A stretch of 64,000 bases of DNA from Heteronotia binoei (GCF_032191835.1 NC_083235.1:17856001-17920000); one strand, 5' to 3'; positions 24,070-36,305 are shown, counted from the stretch's first letter. Notes: generated by a model not told the origin, from the letters alone. Numbers and translations are program-made.

Positions 24070-24600
24070 TAAGGTCTCAAATCAGGCCACACTCAATTAT
24101 TTTTATTCATCATCATTATTAGTTGTTGAAGCAGTAGTAATGTATATTTCTATATATTTTAAGTGGTAAATTTGAGATTAACCCTATACATTTTCTTAAT
24201 CCCATTGTTAAATGTTTATCTTTTCTTTCCATGTAATTACTACTGAAAATATTTTTTGTTATGGTTAAAGTCATCCTCAGATCCTCAGCCTTTAATAAAA
24301 ATGCTACAATCTCAGTTCTATCAACATACACTAAATTTCTCAGGATCGGATCCAGCAATTTTACTCTGTATGGTTTTGCCTCTAAGAGGAGAGACTGTGC
24401 CAACAATCGCTCTTGATTATTGTTCTCTTGCTGGCTATTGTTTGTTAAATTGTTATATGCCATTAAAGGTTACTTTGACTTTACTCTGTACAGAACATTC
24501 CAAGGACAAAACCAGTCCATATCTATGTCTCAAACTCCCTCGGTCTACATCCACAATATCTGTCCTGGAATGTGGTCTTCATATAGTGGCCCCTCAGAAT
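24070..24600 (-). mobile_element. LINE 3' fragment, clade uncertain (RTE-X-like)
   Basis: PYRVKLLDPIL...FLL..EDLRMT resembles a LINE RT C-terminus. Confidence 0.35.
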
Positions 24601-25208
24601 GGTTGAAGAAGCACATTAATCCTGGCTAGAAAAAAGGCTAAACTATAGGCAGGAATAGCTATAATTTCAGATTGGCTGGCATTCAGACACTCTAGATACC
24701 ACACTACACTGGATATTTATAACTTTCAATTGACCTATTCTCTGTTTGCTTACTCATCTTTTGAAGCCACTGAAACCACTGGCCATTCCCATATGTGTGT
24801 AATGTAAATCCCAATCAATACTCACACATCCATCTCAAATAGTTTCTTGATTGGGAACTACATTACATATATATGAGGATGATCAGTGGGTCTAGGTGGC
24901 TTCAAATGAGGACAATCATGATACCATAATTGACTACATTTGCACTGATAGAGCATTTATAGGTTATCATTGCCTGCAACATTTTAATATTTTCTAATGC
25001 TGAATGCCAGGTATTCTTGTGTGCTTAACTATGCTTATGCTGAGTGGCAGCCATTCCTTTCAACATATCTGGACAAAAATATTTGTCATTTTATGTCATT
25101 TTCTCTCCCCCCCCACCTCCGTTTTGTTTTCTGTATTTTCCTGGTTTTTAAACTGAAATAAATCGGAGCTGAATAGAATGAAGATTATAGAGAAGGGACA
25201 TCCTCAGA

Positions 25209-25385
25209 CATAAGAGAACATAAGAGAAGCCATGTTGGATCAGGCCAATAGCCCATTCAGTCCAATACTCTGTGTCACACAGTGGCCAAAAAACCCCAAG
25301 TGCCATCAGGAGGTCCATTAGTGGGACCAGGACACAAGAAGCCCTTCCCAAGCATCAAGAATACAGAGCATCACTGCCACAGACA
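25209..25385 (-). mobile_element. CR1 LINE 3' fragment
   Basis: acataagagaacataagagaagccatgttggatcaggcc terminus. Confidence 0.85.
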
Positions 25386-25529
25386 TACATCATTAGTAGT
25401 TCAGCATAATTAGTAGATCAGCAGTTTTGAAGGAACTGGACTTGCATCTCAGTTCTAAGCTTTGTGTATTTCTTAAAAACATTTGCTGTGAACCATCATG
25501 GAAAAGAACATGGGAAAGAACCATGAAGG

Positions 25530-25538
25530 ACTCACCTG
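25530..25538 (-). promoter_or_regulatory. Putative 5' splice donor of the OR 20873-21832 5'UTR exon
   Basis: CAG|GTGAGT consensus inside a block conserved with the paralog's upstream region (13150-13300). Confidence 0.5.
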
Positions 25539-26162
25539 ACCTTTCAGCAAGTGTTTGTCTTCAGAGAAACTTATTGTTCTCAGGCACCAGACGGAGCTGG
25601 ATCTAATAGCATTTTAGGGATTTTCCTAATGAAATGTAAGACCATCTCAAGAAACCATGCAGAGGTTTGGAACTGTCTGTATTAAAATAACAACAACAAA
25701 ACTATTCGATTGCACCGGTCTAAGAAACAAAGCAAACCTAAAATACATGAAAAATAATAACCTGTCTGATTTATGATTTTACCATAGATTAATATCCCAA
25801 TTTATTCAAGACAAATTTACAACAGAAGTTTTGTCACATCAGTCAAGTATTTCAGCTGATGTATAATATAAATATTTCATTTAACATGATGATTCCTATC
25901 ACGATGCCTACAAAAACAATCCACAATTTCTGGGGATGTCATAGTTATAAGTAGTAATTTTTTTACCTTTATGTGTCAAATGCAAAGTCAGAACTGGCCG
26001 GTATTAAAGCTGCACTCCTATTGACATTCATTCACCTCTGGGTAAGCCCTAGTGAACACAAGACATAACTGGGCAAACAAACAAAGGCTTGCGTGCACCT
26101 AGCTTAATTGCAAGTCAATCTATTTGTGTGGCTAGAAAATGATTTAAAAAAGCCCCCACTCC

Positions 26163-26290
26163 TAATTATAACTTCAAAAGCGTTTACCCCACAGCCTTGC
26201 TAGTGGCGAGGTTTCAAAATGTCATCCTCAGAAGGAAGATTACGTCAGCCCCTGAGAATAGGTTCCCAATATGCAATGAAAATTATTGCC
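26163..26290 (-). promoter_or_regulatory. Putative OR promoter module (homeodomain + O/E site)
   Basis: TAATTA 26163-68, CCCCTGAGA at about 26249, AATATGCAAT; homologous to 14274-14390. Confidence 0.6.
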
Positions 26291-26722
26291 TGTTCGGGGC
26301 ATTCCTTTGGATTGGCAGCCAGACTGGCAGCCCAGGATGCCAGCCCCACATAATTTCAGAGAAGGAGGCACTGCTTTGAAGCTGACCAGCACTAGAAAAC
26401 AACTTACAAAGTGAGCTCAAGTTAACCCCACTGAGTCTAAAAAATCTGGTAGCTGGTGATGTTTCTTGTTGGCAGCTTGAAGGGCATTTGGCAGTCCCAC
26501 GGGACCTGCTGTGTGGCAATCTGGTGTTCTGATGCTGCAAGGTGGCCCTCCTGAGTGGCAGTGTCCGGACCTTCCACACCTGGGTGACTGTCATGTCAGA
26601 ACCTCCATGTACCTGGAGACACACTTTGTCCACAGTGTCTGGGCATTTCACTCCTGCAAAGGGAAAGGGTTTGTCAATTATGTGGGATCACTCAGCACAC
26701 GGGTTTGATGGGGCTTCCCACT

Positions 26723-27223
26723 TAGGGTTGCCAGTCCCCAGGTGGGCGCAGGGGATCCCCTGGTTTGGAGGCTGTCCTCCCACTGCAGGGTTATCAGAAA
26801 GTGTGTGTGTGTGTGTGTGGGGGGGGGGGGGTTGAATGTCTGCTGAGCACTCCATTATACCCTATGGAGATTGGTTCCTATAGGGTATAACGGAGAATAA
26901 ATCTGTGGGTATGTGGGGCTCTGGGGGGGATGGTTTTTTTTAGGCAGAAGCAGCAAATCTTCAGCATAGCATCTGGCACCTCTCCTCAAAAGAAACCTCA
27001 AGTTTTAAAAGGAATGGACCAGGGGGTCCAATTCTATGAGCCCCAGAAGAAGGTGCCCCCATCTATTATATCCAAAGAAGGGGAGACATTAAAAAGGTGT
27101 GTGGTCCCTTTAAATGTGATGGCCAGAACTCCCTTCGGAGTTTAATCATGCTTGTCACACCCTTGCTCCTGGCTCCACCTTCAAAGTCCTCTGATATTTC
27201 CTGAGTTGGACCTGGCAACCCTT
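26723..27223. mobile_element. Non-autonomous hAT element (TAGGGTTGCC TIR)
   Basis: TSD ttcccact/ttcctact (7/8). Same family as 45514-46791, in the opposite orientation. Confidence 0.85.
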
Positions 27224-27471
27224 TTCCTACTTGTCATTGCATTTTGTGCCAACTGGTGATGCAAACAGGCCAATGCATAGATCTCACCTCTGCACCCTCC
27301 CTTGGCAGCTGCCTCAGATGCACACCTACCCACCTACTGGAGTGGTGGGGGGCAACCTCTTGGAACCATTTGTATGGTGAGAAGACCGTGACTGGGTGCT
27401 AGGGAGGGGCATAGTCTACATGAGGGAGGGTGCCAATTGGGTGTGCACCTATTATCCTGAGCTGCTGGGGT

Positions 27472-27730
27472 TTCAGATTGGTGTAGTGGTTAAGTGCATG
27501 GACTCTTATCTGGGAGAACCAGGTTTGATTCCCCACTCCTCCACTTGCAGCTGCTGGGGTCAGCCATAGTTCTTGTAGGAGTTGTCCTTGAAAGGGCAGC
27601 TTCTGTGAGAGCTCTCTCAGCCCCACCTACCTCACAGGGTGTCTGTGGGGTGGGGGAGGTAAAGGAGATTGTGACCGCTCTGAGACTCAGAGTATAGGGC
27701 AGGATATAAATCCAGTATCTTCTTCTTCTT
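27472..27730 (+). mobile_element. Squam3-like SINE
   Basis: Full head, body and tail. Confidence 0.88.
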
Positions 27731-28065
27731 CCCATGGGCGTGGCCACAGCTCTATGTGTGTGTGGGGGGGTTGAATTTGGAGTTATCATGGCTGCCAATA
27801 CGCTATGCCACTGCAACTTTGCATCTGTCCATGGGGGCATTCCCCCATTTGAAAATGCATAGTTAGCATAGTTAGCATCACATCCCAAGAAACGCCCACA
27901 TTGATGCCTGCACAGGGGATTGCAGTGTTGCTCTGCTGGTATGTGATTGTGGTGCAGCTGCACCAGTGGAACTGAGCAGCACAGTAGCGCTGGTGCCTTG
28001 TGCAGGCATCATAGCCCTTGTGTCAATTCTAACCCCCCCCCCCAGGATTGCACTGTAAAGCAATG

Positions 28066-28608
28066 TGTCACATTCTCAGGGTGCAGGCAGGCAGAAGTCC
28101 AAAGCCAGTCCATGGTCAAAGTCCAGGAAGTCAAGCAGGAACCAGGTCACCAATGCAGAATCACAAACCAGAATCAGAAGTCAATGTCCAAAAGCCAAAA
28201 GGTTAGGGTGCCAAGGAAATCAAGCAGATCAGGAATCAGGAAGGAGCATGGATGCAAGCCAGAGAATAGACGTTGTTTCCACAAGGTTACCAGGTCCTGG
28301 GTGGGAGCTATATGAGGGCCTCAATCAGCCTGCTCCCTGGGTGGCAGTGACTCTGCTAGAACTCAGGGCTGAGAGATCTGAAGCATCGGCATGCCTCATG
28401 TCTTTGCTCTGAAAGTTCTTTCTGGAGCCTGCTTCGAACTCTTGAGATGGGAGGGGAGGAGCTTGGAGGAGACTGATCGTCAACAGCTGACACTGGTGCC
28501 TGGAGAGTGATTGATGGGCCAGCTGCTGTTTGTTCAGCTGAGGAACTGGCTGGCAACTCTTCCAGGTCTGTTAACCCTTCCAGCTCCTCCTCGTCAGGGC
28601 TCATGACA
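28066..28608. mobile_element. Solo LTR (Gypsy-like)
   Basis: TGTCA...TGACA termini flanked by a perfect 5-bp TSD CAATG (28061-65 / 28609-13). Confidence 0.85.
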
Positions 28609-29040
28609 CAATGTGGAATTTCTATTATTATGGCGTGGTTTGTTTGCTTTTTTAAAACGAATGAATTGTTTGATACCAGATTTTCTTGCAAACTTGGGAG
28701 TTCTCTTGAGTTTGAGAGCTTGCCCAGTGCCATTGTCCAACCAAAGCTGCTAGAGAATCCATATAAACTGAAACAGTGATCATGCTTGATCCTGGCCACT
28801 CCTTCCAGTTTTATAGATCCCATGTTGTCAGCTTTTATGTGACTGCTGTATCCACCATTGCCTAAATTCACTGTCAATAAACATATCGGTATAGAATTAT
28901 TTCCTGAACACAAATGAAACTTTACATCAGATTGAAATCATCAAGGGCCATGTTAATCTTCTTTGTATCATTTCCATTTTAGTATGTGCACTGCCAAAAG
29001 ACTTCTTGACCTTTTGGCTAAGATTAAGTGTGTGAAATCA

Positions 29041-29807
29041 TGGGTGGTTTCACACAGGAGATTTGCCCCGACCTAGCCCTGCCTTGCATTCGGATTAAAA
29101 GTGCACAATCACATGAGCACATTTGCCCTCCGAGCTGCACTCTTTCTCACCCCGTCTCCAGACACCTCCTATCTGCATTAAAAAGCTACCTGGATTTTCC
29201 TGGTAGCATCCTCCTGAATTGTATGTAGGTCACATAATCAGCTGCTGCCTGAATGCCCTGGGGCGACTCATAAGAGGAAGAGCTGCGGGATCGCATCAAG
29301 CCATTTCTGGCTAGGTCATTCCCCCCCCCTCACCCAGTGTTCCCTCTAAGCTGAATTAGCGTGAGCTAGCTCACAGATTTTTAGCCTCCAGCTCACACAT
29401 TTTTGTCTTAGCTCAGGAAAAATGGTCCCAGAGTACAATAATTTATGCAGTCGCTCACAACTTTAATGCCAGTAGCTCACAACTTTAATACCATCAGCTC
29501 GCCAAGTAGAATTTTTGCTCACAAGGCTCTGAAGCTTAGAGGGAACATTGCCCTCACCCCTCTCCAAGGTGCGCTTCTCCACTTCTCCAATTGAGTGCAC
29601 ACATGGGGGCCTTTTTTAAAGAGACCACCCTTTCCCCAGTGGGTCCATGGTTGAGCCGGGCTAGCAGTGTGAATGGGCAACCAGTGACTGCTGCCAGGAT
29701 CCTGCCGCTTCAGCAGCAGCTGTCTGCCCAGAAATGATTCAAACTTTAGTGGGATTTTTTTCTGAACAGAATAAAATCATGTCTCTTTCACAGTGTGAAA
29801 CCAGCCC
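29041..29807. mobile_element. TIR element (possibly Harbinger-like)
   Basis: Termini gggtggtttcacac...gtgtgaaaccagccc; TSD not resolved. Confidence 0.5.
29335..29550. mobile_element. hAT MITE nested in the above element
   Basis: TIR cagtgttccctctaag/cttagagggaacattg and a perfect 8-bp TSD ccctcacc. Confidence 0.92.
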
Positions 29808-30174
29808 ATAACAAAAAAACTGGAATTGAAGTGGGCAGGGAAGAGTTATCCTAATTACGGAAGGACACAAATTACATTTTAAAGGTTCAGTTCAGTTTGT
29901 GGTTTGTCGCTGACTCACGGACCCAACCATGAACCAATAGGTTCGTATTGGTTACTGTGGGAAGCAGAAAGAAGACTCTGAGTCATTTCACCTCCAGCTT
30001 TCTGCTCACTGTGGCTTTTTGCAGCCAGCAGAAAGCTGGGGTGAAATGGCTCAGAGCCATTTAAATCCCTACAGCTGCTTGTGGTGAGCAGAAAGCAGTG
30101 ATTTAAATGGCTCCGAGCTGTTTGCTGAGCTCCCCCCCCCCGCACAGTTGGTTTTCGTGAACCACAAATTAGCC

Positions 30175-30765
30175 CATATTCAATTTTTTCCATATTTAAA
30201 TTTTTATTGAAAATCATCAACATAATTAAACATAATACAGAATAACATTACAGTCATGTTGTGAATTTAAAACATAAAGCTGCTCTAATGCACTTAAATG
30301 CCTTTCTCTGACAAAGTAAGTACAAGAGGATTTCTATATTTTTGGACTATTGTAGATTCACTATATACAAAATCAAAAAGAAATCATAGAAGCATACATA
30401 GCATTAGAGGACAAAATTTAATTATCTATCAGAAAAGAAATGACTGGAAACCAAGGTTGATCTTTTTTTTTTTTTTTTTACATATTGGGTGAAGAATAAG
30501 CAAGGGAAAAAGATACTTTACTTTGAATAAAATAATCCCAGATTTTAGAATACCAGGTTTGAATTTGGGACACATTTTAATGTTTCCATTTTGCAGCAAT
30601 TTGTGTATTCCAAGCTTGGTTCTATCAGTAAAAGGGGAAGGAGGCCCTTTCCAGGCCTATTTTGTCCATTTAGGGAGCAGCACCCCCCTATGACAGCCAG
30701 TGTGATATAGCAGTTAGCAAATTTGTCATGGTTACTGATGATGCAGAAGAGGAATACAGTCCTCA
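30175..30765 (-). mobile_element. L1/Tx1-like fragment, degraded
   Basis: NLLTA-like remnant and an AT-rich 3' region. Confidence 0.35.
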
Positions 30766-30974
30766 GTCCTCCGACCATTCATATTTGTTTTTAGAGAAAT
30801 GTGTTATTGTCACTTCATGGAGCTGGATCTAATGGTCTTTTTTGAGGATGTGATTTCTAACAGGATTTCTAATAGGATGTGAAAACATCTTATAAATTTT
30901 TCTTCAGAGACATGAATATTTCCATATTCTGCCAAAGGGCTTATGTGAGGATAACACCAGACTGAGAAGCATAT

Positions 30975-31175
30975 GTGTGTGTGTAAAGTGCTGTCAAGTT
31001 GCAGCCGACTTATGGAAGCCCAAGCAAGGGGCTTTCAAGGCAAGTGAAAAGCAGAAAGTGGTTTGCCGTTTCCCTCCTCTGCAGAGTCATCCTTGGTGGC
31101 CTCCCTTCCAAGTACTGATCCTGCTTAGCTTCCAAGATCTGATGAGACTGGGCTATACCATGCCACCTTCCCTCT
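30975..31175 (-). mobile_element. 5S rRNA-derived SINE
   Basis: ccaagtactgatcctgcttagcttccaagatctgatgag is reverse 5S-like sequence. Confidence 0.82.
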
Positions 31176-31247
31176 CACTAAGAAATATATCAAGCATTAA
31201 AAAAGAAAAGTAATCCAGAACTCATAGAAAGCATAACATGCAATGTG

Positions 31248-31475
31248 GAAAGGAAAGGAAAGATCCCCTGGGCAAGCACCAGTCGTTTCCGACTCAGGGG
31301 TGACGTTGCTTTACATTTTCACGGCAGACTTTTTATACAGGGCAGTTTGCCATTGCCTTCCCCAGTCATCTACACTTTCCCCCCAGCAAGCTGGGTACTC
31401 ATTTTACCGACCTTGGAAGGAGGGAAGGCTGAGTCAACCTTGAGCCGGCTACCTGAAAACCCAGCTTCTGCTGAT
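31248..31475 (-). mobile_element. Sauria SINE, head truncated
   Basis: Close match to 23255-23556. Confidence 0.88.
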
Positions 31476-31608
31476 CACACACACACTAAATAATGCACTT
31501 TCAATGCACTCTCCAACTGGATTTTGCCAGCTCACACAGGTAAAATCCAGTTGGAAAGTGCATTGAAGTGGATTGAAAGTGCACTATTCAGTTTGTGTGA
31601 TTGCAGCC
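31470..31608. mobile_element. Palindromic MITE
   Basis: Inverted arms aatgcactttcaat...tccaactggatttt. Confidence 0.7.
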
Positions 31609-31873
31609 TTGAATAACATTAGTTTAATAGCTTTTTCAATTCAAATGGCAATCTTCAATGATAAATTAGTTTAAATAACTCGCACCTTTAATCTAATTGG
31701 AATTAATACATTATTCTCATTTGGAGCACTGCAGATAAGTTCTATGTAGAAAGTTCTATTATCTAGGCCACCAGCTGGGGGAATAAGCATGCTTAGGAGG
31801 GCTAAATGCTATTAGGATTTAGAGATAAGATCAGACCTGAGTAATACTGTGTAACCTAATTGTGGTTAGAAAA

Positions 31874-32005
31874 TAATTAGAGGCTAATTAGGCTTCAAAA
31901 GTATTTGCCAACATTCATTATAATGTTGAGCCTTTTAAGATCAGAACAGTCCAGAGAAGAACATGAAAGCCCTTGGGAACGTGTCCCAAATATGCAATTA
32001 AATCA
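31874..32005 (-). promoter_or_regulatory. Orphan OR promoter-like module
   Basis: Two TAATTA (31874, 31885), CTTCAAAAG, a consensus Ebf site (TCCCAAGGG on - at 31970-78) and AATATGCAAT; homologous to the modules at 14274 and 26163. Confidence 0.6.
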
Positions 32006-32542
32006 TATCCAACTGGGTAATTGGATAATATTAGAACTAGTAAGCTAACCTTATTATCAAAATTATGTTGCTGTTTTCTGAAGTGAAGGAGTCTGGTTTG
32101 CAAAGTAATACTAAACTGAATAGTTCAAAGGGTTGCTTTCCCCTTTTGGATTGAAAAAAAAAGTCACCTTGTGATTTACTAATTAATTGCAATGTCTCAA
32201 TACATCTGTAATTTCCAGAATGTTTTACTTTAGTAAATCCTTTCTACATTGCTTTGCCTATTAGGAGACCTTCTCCTATGGAGCCCCTGAGTATTGCATT
32301 AGATTCTGGGGCAAGTTGTAGGGAAACAAACACACAATTCACAATGAAACTCTGGCCATCTTCTTCCTTACGGTTAATCTTGCAGCACCCAAATGTGTAC
32401 TCCAAAACACACCCAGCCTTCCTCTAGGGTTACCAACCTCCTAATGGGGCCTAGAGGTCTTCTGGAATTATAGCTGATTTCAGGGTTTTTTTTGTAGCAG
32501 GAACTCCTTTGCATATTAGGCCACAAATCCTGATGTAGCTAA

Positions 32543-35500
32543 TAGGGGTGTGCATTTGGTTCGGCCAAACCGAATTAGCCGCCGAATCACCACTGATTCG
32601 GCTGTATATGGAATCGGCTGCAGCCAATTGGGGCCCATTATGCGGCAGCCGAGTACAGCTCCCCATATACTTCCGTATATATATTTGGAAGTATATGGAA
32701 TTCAATGCAAAAGGCGGGAAAGTGGCTTCTGCAGCCTCAGGGGAGCTGCTTGCCTACTTTCCCGCCTTTAGTAGCCTTTTCCTGCCTCTTCCATAGCCTC
32801 CCTGGGATCGGGGGGGGGGAGGGGAAGAGGAGCCCCAGCAGCCAATCCAAAGCATGCATTTGCAAAATGAATTGCAAATGCATGCTTTGCAGGGCTGTTG
32901 TGTAGCTGATGGCCCAGCCATCAGCAACATTGTTGTTCTTTTGATGTTTTGCTACTTGGGTATCCAAGTAAGCACTGTTGTCTGGCCAATCAGAGAGCAG
33001 TGCTATTTTTTGAAACTGCTCTCTGTAGGGCCAGAGAACCTTTTTAAGGAGTCTTCCTGGCTGGAAGCTGCTGTGTTGCTGTGTGTTGGTTGGTGTGAGA
33101 GATTGTGCTGCTGCTGGCTGGCCCTTGGCTTCAGCTGCTGCCTGCTGCTCTCTCACTCAGCCTTACCAGACTTCCCTGGAGTAGAGAAGACAAGGTAAGA
33201 CAGTCTTGGGATTCTTGTTTTTATTTTAGTTGGTAAAAGGACTTTTTAAGACTCAGAGTCCCTTTACTTATCCAGATTTGGGTGGTGGTGGTGGGGTAGC
33301 TTATTTGGGGTTAGGGGTTTCTGCTTGGGGAGGGGGCCTGGGGTGGGGTGTGGGTTGCCAATTTGCCCATATCTTAATTTAGTGAGAGGACTTTTAAAAG
33401 TGCAGTGTCCTTTTACTTCTCCTGATTTGGGTGGCTTGGATTTCTTGGGGTTAGGGTGAAGGTTTTTTTTGAGGGGGAGGGGTTGGCAAAGTTCCTGCAT
33501 TGTTAAAAGTTAAGTTTTTTTCTGTTTTAAAAGTATTCAGTGTTTGATTTGTTGCTGCTGTGTTGTGCTGCTGTTGTTACTTTTCTCTTCTGGTTCTTGG
33601 GGGGGTGCTGTTTGGCCTAATTTTCATTGTTTAAATGGCCACTTTTGTCCCCCTTTTCTGGTTCTGGTTTTAAGGGGGGGTGTTGTTGTTGACTGATTTG
33701 GCCTGAGGTTTCTTATTGGTGAAAAGGCCACTTTTTTAACAGTTGAGTTGCATGGCCTTTTCTCCTTTTCCTGGTTGTCCCTTTTCCTGGTTTGCGGGGG
33801 GTGGGGGTGTTTTTGACTGATTTGGCCTGAGCTTTCTTATTGGTGAAAAGGCCACTTTTTAACACTTGGGTTGCTTGGCCTTTTCTGATTCTGCTGGTTT
33901 TGTTTTGGATTTTTTAAATTACCTCTGGTTGGTGTGGGGGTTGGCGAGGGTGTGTGTGGGCTGTGTGGGCTGGGCCACTTTCTTGTTTTTATAGAGTGAT
34001 TTTTGGAATCTGAGTGTGCTCTCGGTTTGGCTAGGGCCACTAAATAGGCTGCCCCACTAATAAGGGTGTTTTTAGGGATTTTTTTTTTAAAATTAAAAAA
34101 AAATTAATCCAGTTTAGGGCTTTATCTCCTTTCAAAATTCAAGTAGGCCAGATAGGGGTGATTTAAAAAGATTTTAGGTTTCTCATAAAAGGCAGCGTGA
34201 CTACTAGGCCACATCAGGCTCCCTTTTAAAGAGACTAGGGTTGCAGCAGTGCATCTGGCTTTCCGCCACTGAAAGCCGGTGCATCCTTAGATTTCCATAG
34301 GTTAAACCACAGCTTCTCTCAAGTTATAGGGGACACCTGATTTCTAGTTTGCAAGGAAATCAGGTTGTCCCAGGATCTAGTTAGGAGAAGTTTAACTAGG
34401 AGGATATAACAAGGATTGCCTTCATCTCAAGGTAGCCTTTTAAAAACTGTAGCCAGGTAGAGGCAGGGTCATCTAGTCTCCTAAACTTTACCAGACTACT
34501 ACTACCCCAACCCAAAGAGGGACAGGTTAGGGTAGGGACCAAAAAAACAAACAAACAAGTTTTGGTGTGAGGATTCTTAAAAAGAAGTCAGGGCCTGTTG
34601 GTTCAGGGTACAGTGCAGTGAGTTAGGTTTGTAAAAAACCCCACTCTCAGTTCAGGTTCTGTGAGACTGGCCAAGGGTGACATGAGTGACAGGCAGAAGA
34701 AGAGGGGCCCTGGGGGCAAGGCCAAGGAGAAGACTAGAGGGGTGGAGGGGAGGGGGAGGACCCAGGTCTCCCCCCCCCCACCTGTGCATGGGGCCACTCC
34801 ACAGCCTTCTACCAGCACTCCGACCTCTGGCCGGAGGAGTGTGATGAAGAAGAAGGCCCGCCTTGGGCCCTTCATCGAGGCTGCTGCTGGGGCGCCCCCA
34901 GCAGAAGTGCCATTAGGTGCTGGCACTGCACAAGGGTCTGCTGCTCGGGCAGTCTCTCCTCCAGCTGATGTCGCTCGGCCTCAGCAACCGGAGGAGGGGT
35001 AGCAAGAGCAGCCCTCCTTGGAGATGAGCTTTGGGGACAGTTTTCTGTCCAAAACGATCACCCCAAGAAGGGTGCAGAGTGTTGTGCAGGAGCTGGAGGA
35101 GAAGCTGGTTGAGGAGGACCAGCCCCCTTCTTCAGTTCCTTGGGGCACCAGCAGTCCTTCAGGGGATGGCCAAGAGGGGAGGCCGCATGGGGTGGAGGGG
35201 GAAGAGATGGAGACACACGAGGTGCCTCCATCTCCGCCCACTTCCCCCTGGCGGCCAGCCTTTCCTGCCGCCCCGAGACACGATGTGTCTGCCCCGAGCA
35301 CCTCAAAGGAGGTGGCTCCGGACACCCAACCTGCCAGTCAGTTTGGGCATCCGTTCACCTCCGAAGTATGGAAGCATTTCCAACTTATGGAGGATCCACA
35401 CTATGCACAGTGCAAGCTGTGCAGGGCCCGGATCCATCGTGGATGGGACCCTGCCCACCTGACTCCGGGGGGGGGGGGATGCAGAATCACCTGCGGAAGC

Positions 35501-36220
35501 ACCACCTGGGGGTGCTTCTTAAGGGGGAGAAGCAGGCTGGTGCTGTGTTGCCCAAGCGGCCAACAACACCACCCAGACAGGAGGTCCGTCCCATCGCGAC
35601 TACCTCCGCTCTCCAGGAGCGTTCTGTGGGAAAACAGGGACTCCAGGCATCTCTGCCTGAGATGTTTGGAATGGTTGGCACCTCTGTGCCAAGAGGGGGA
35701 ATCAGGCACGGCAGGAGGGTGATTGCCTGGAACCTTGCCAGGTCGATCGCCCATGGGCTTCCATTTTCAGTGGTCGAGAATCCTGGGGTGTTAGGGTTGC
35801 TCGAGTACCTGGCGCCCCGGAACAAAGTTCCTGCTAGAACCACCCTTAGCAGGACCATTGTGCCAGCTGTTTTCAGGGTGACCAGATCTGTGGTGAAGGA
35901 GCATTTGTCCTGTGCTGCCGGGGGGACTGTTCATTTCACCTCAGATATCTGGAGCTCCCAACATGCATTCGAGGGTATCTCTCCCTGACTGCGCATTGGT
36001 GGCAACCCAGAGAGCTGCAGGGTGGGGGTGGCAGCAGCGACAGGCAGGTTCAGGGCCGCCATGCCAGCTATTGCTGGGCCTTGCTGCATGCCGAAGCAGT
36101 CGATGCACCGCACACAGCGGACACTCTCAGAGCCATCCTCTCACGGCAGTTAGAGGGCTGGGTAGGCAGCGGAGACATCACCACGGGCTTCGTGGTGACT
36201 GATGGTGGCTCCAACATCTT
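32543..36220 (+). mobile_element. 3'-truncated hAT DNA transposon, nested in MITE remnants (from 32425)
   Basis: TAGGGGTGTGCA left end, ccgaat subterminal repeats and a transposase remnant. Confidence 0.75.
34682..36220 (+). pseudogene. hAT/ZBED-like transposase, frameshifted and truncated
   Basis: BED finger SEVWKHF..AQCKLC..MQNHLRKHH; LPFSVVE..G, VHFTSDIWS (first catalytic D), SLTAHW, HTA, FVVTDGGSNI (second D), spread across frames. Confidence 0.9.
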
Positions 36221-36305
36221 CAGTTGGACTTGGCAACCCTACACTGGATTTTGGAACCCATGACCCATAAACACCTTGCCAGAGGGATGACCTAAGTCTG
36301 CCAAG

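Noticed and set aside
28806-28845. FY..PML..FM-like trace as the lost OR of the orphan promoter
   Set aside because: It is on the wrong strand for that promoter and too short; no other OR motif is nearby.
28356-28913. 185-aa ORF as a host gene
   Set aside because: It straddles the solo-LTR boundary at 28608 and has no recognisable domain.
32425-36241. A single element bounded by TAGGGTTACC and GGCAACCCTA
   Set aside because: The flanking 8-mers (ccttcctc vs cactggat) do not match, so the ends cannot be shown to belong together.
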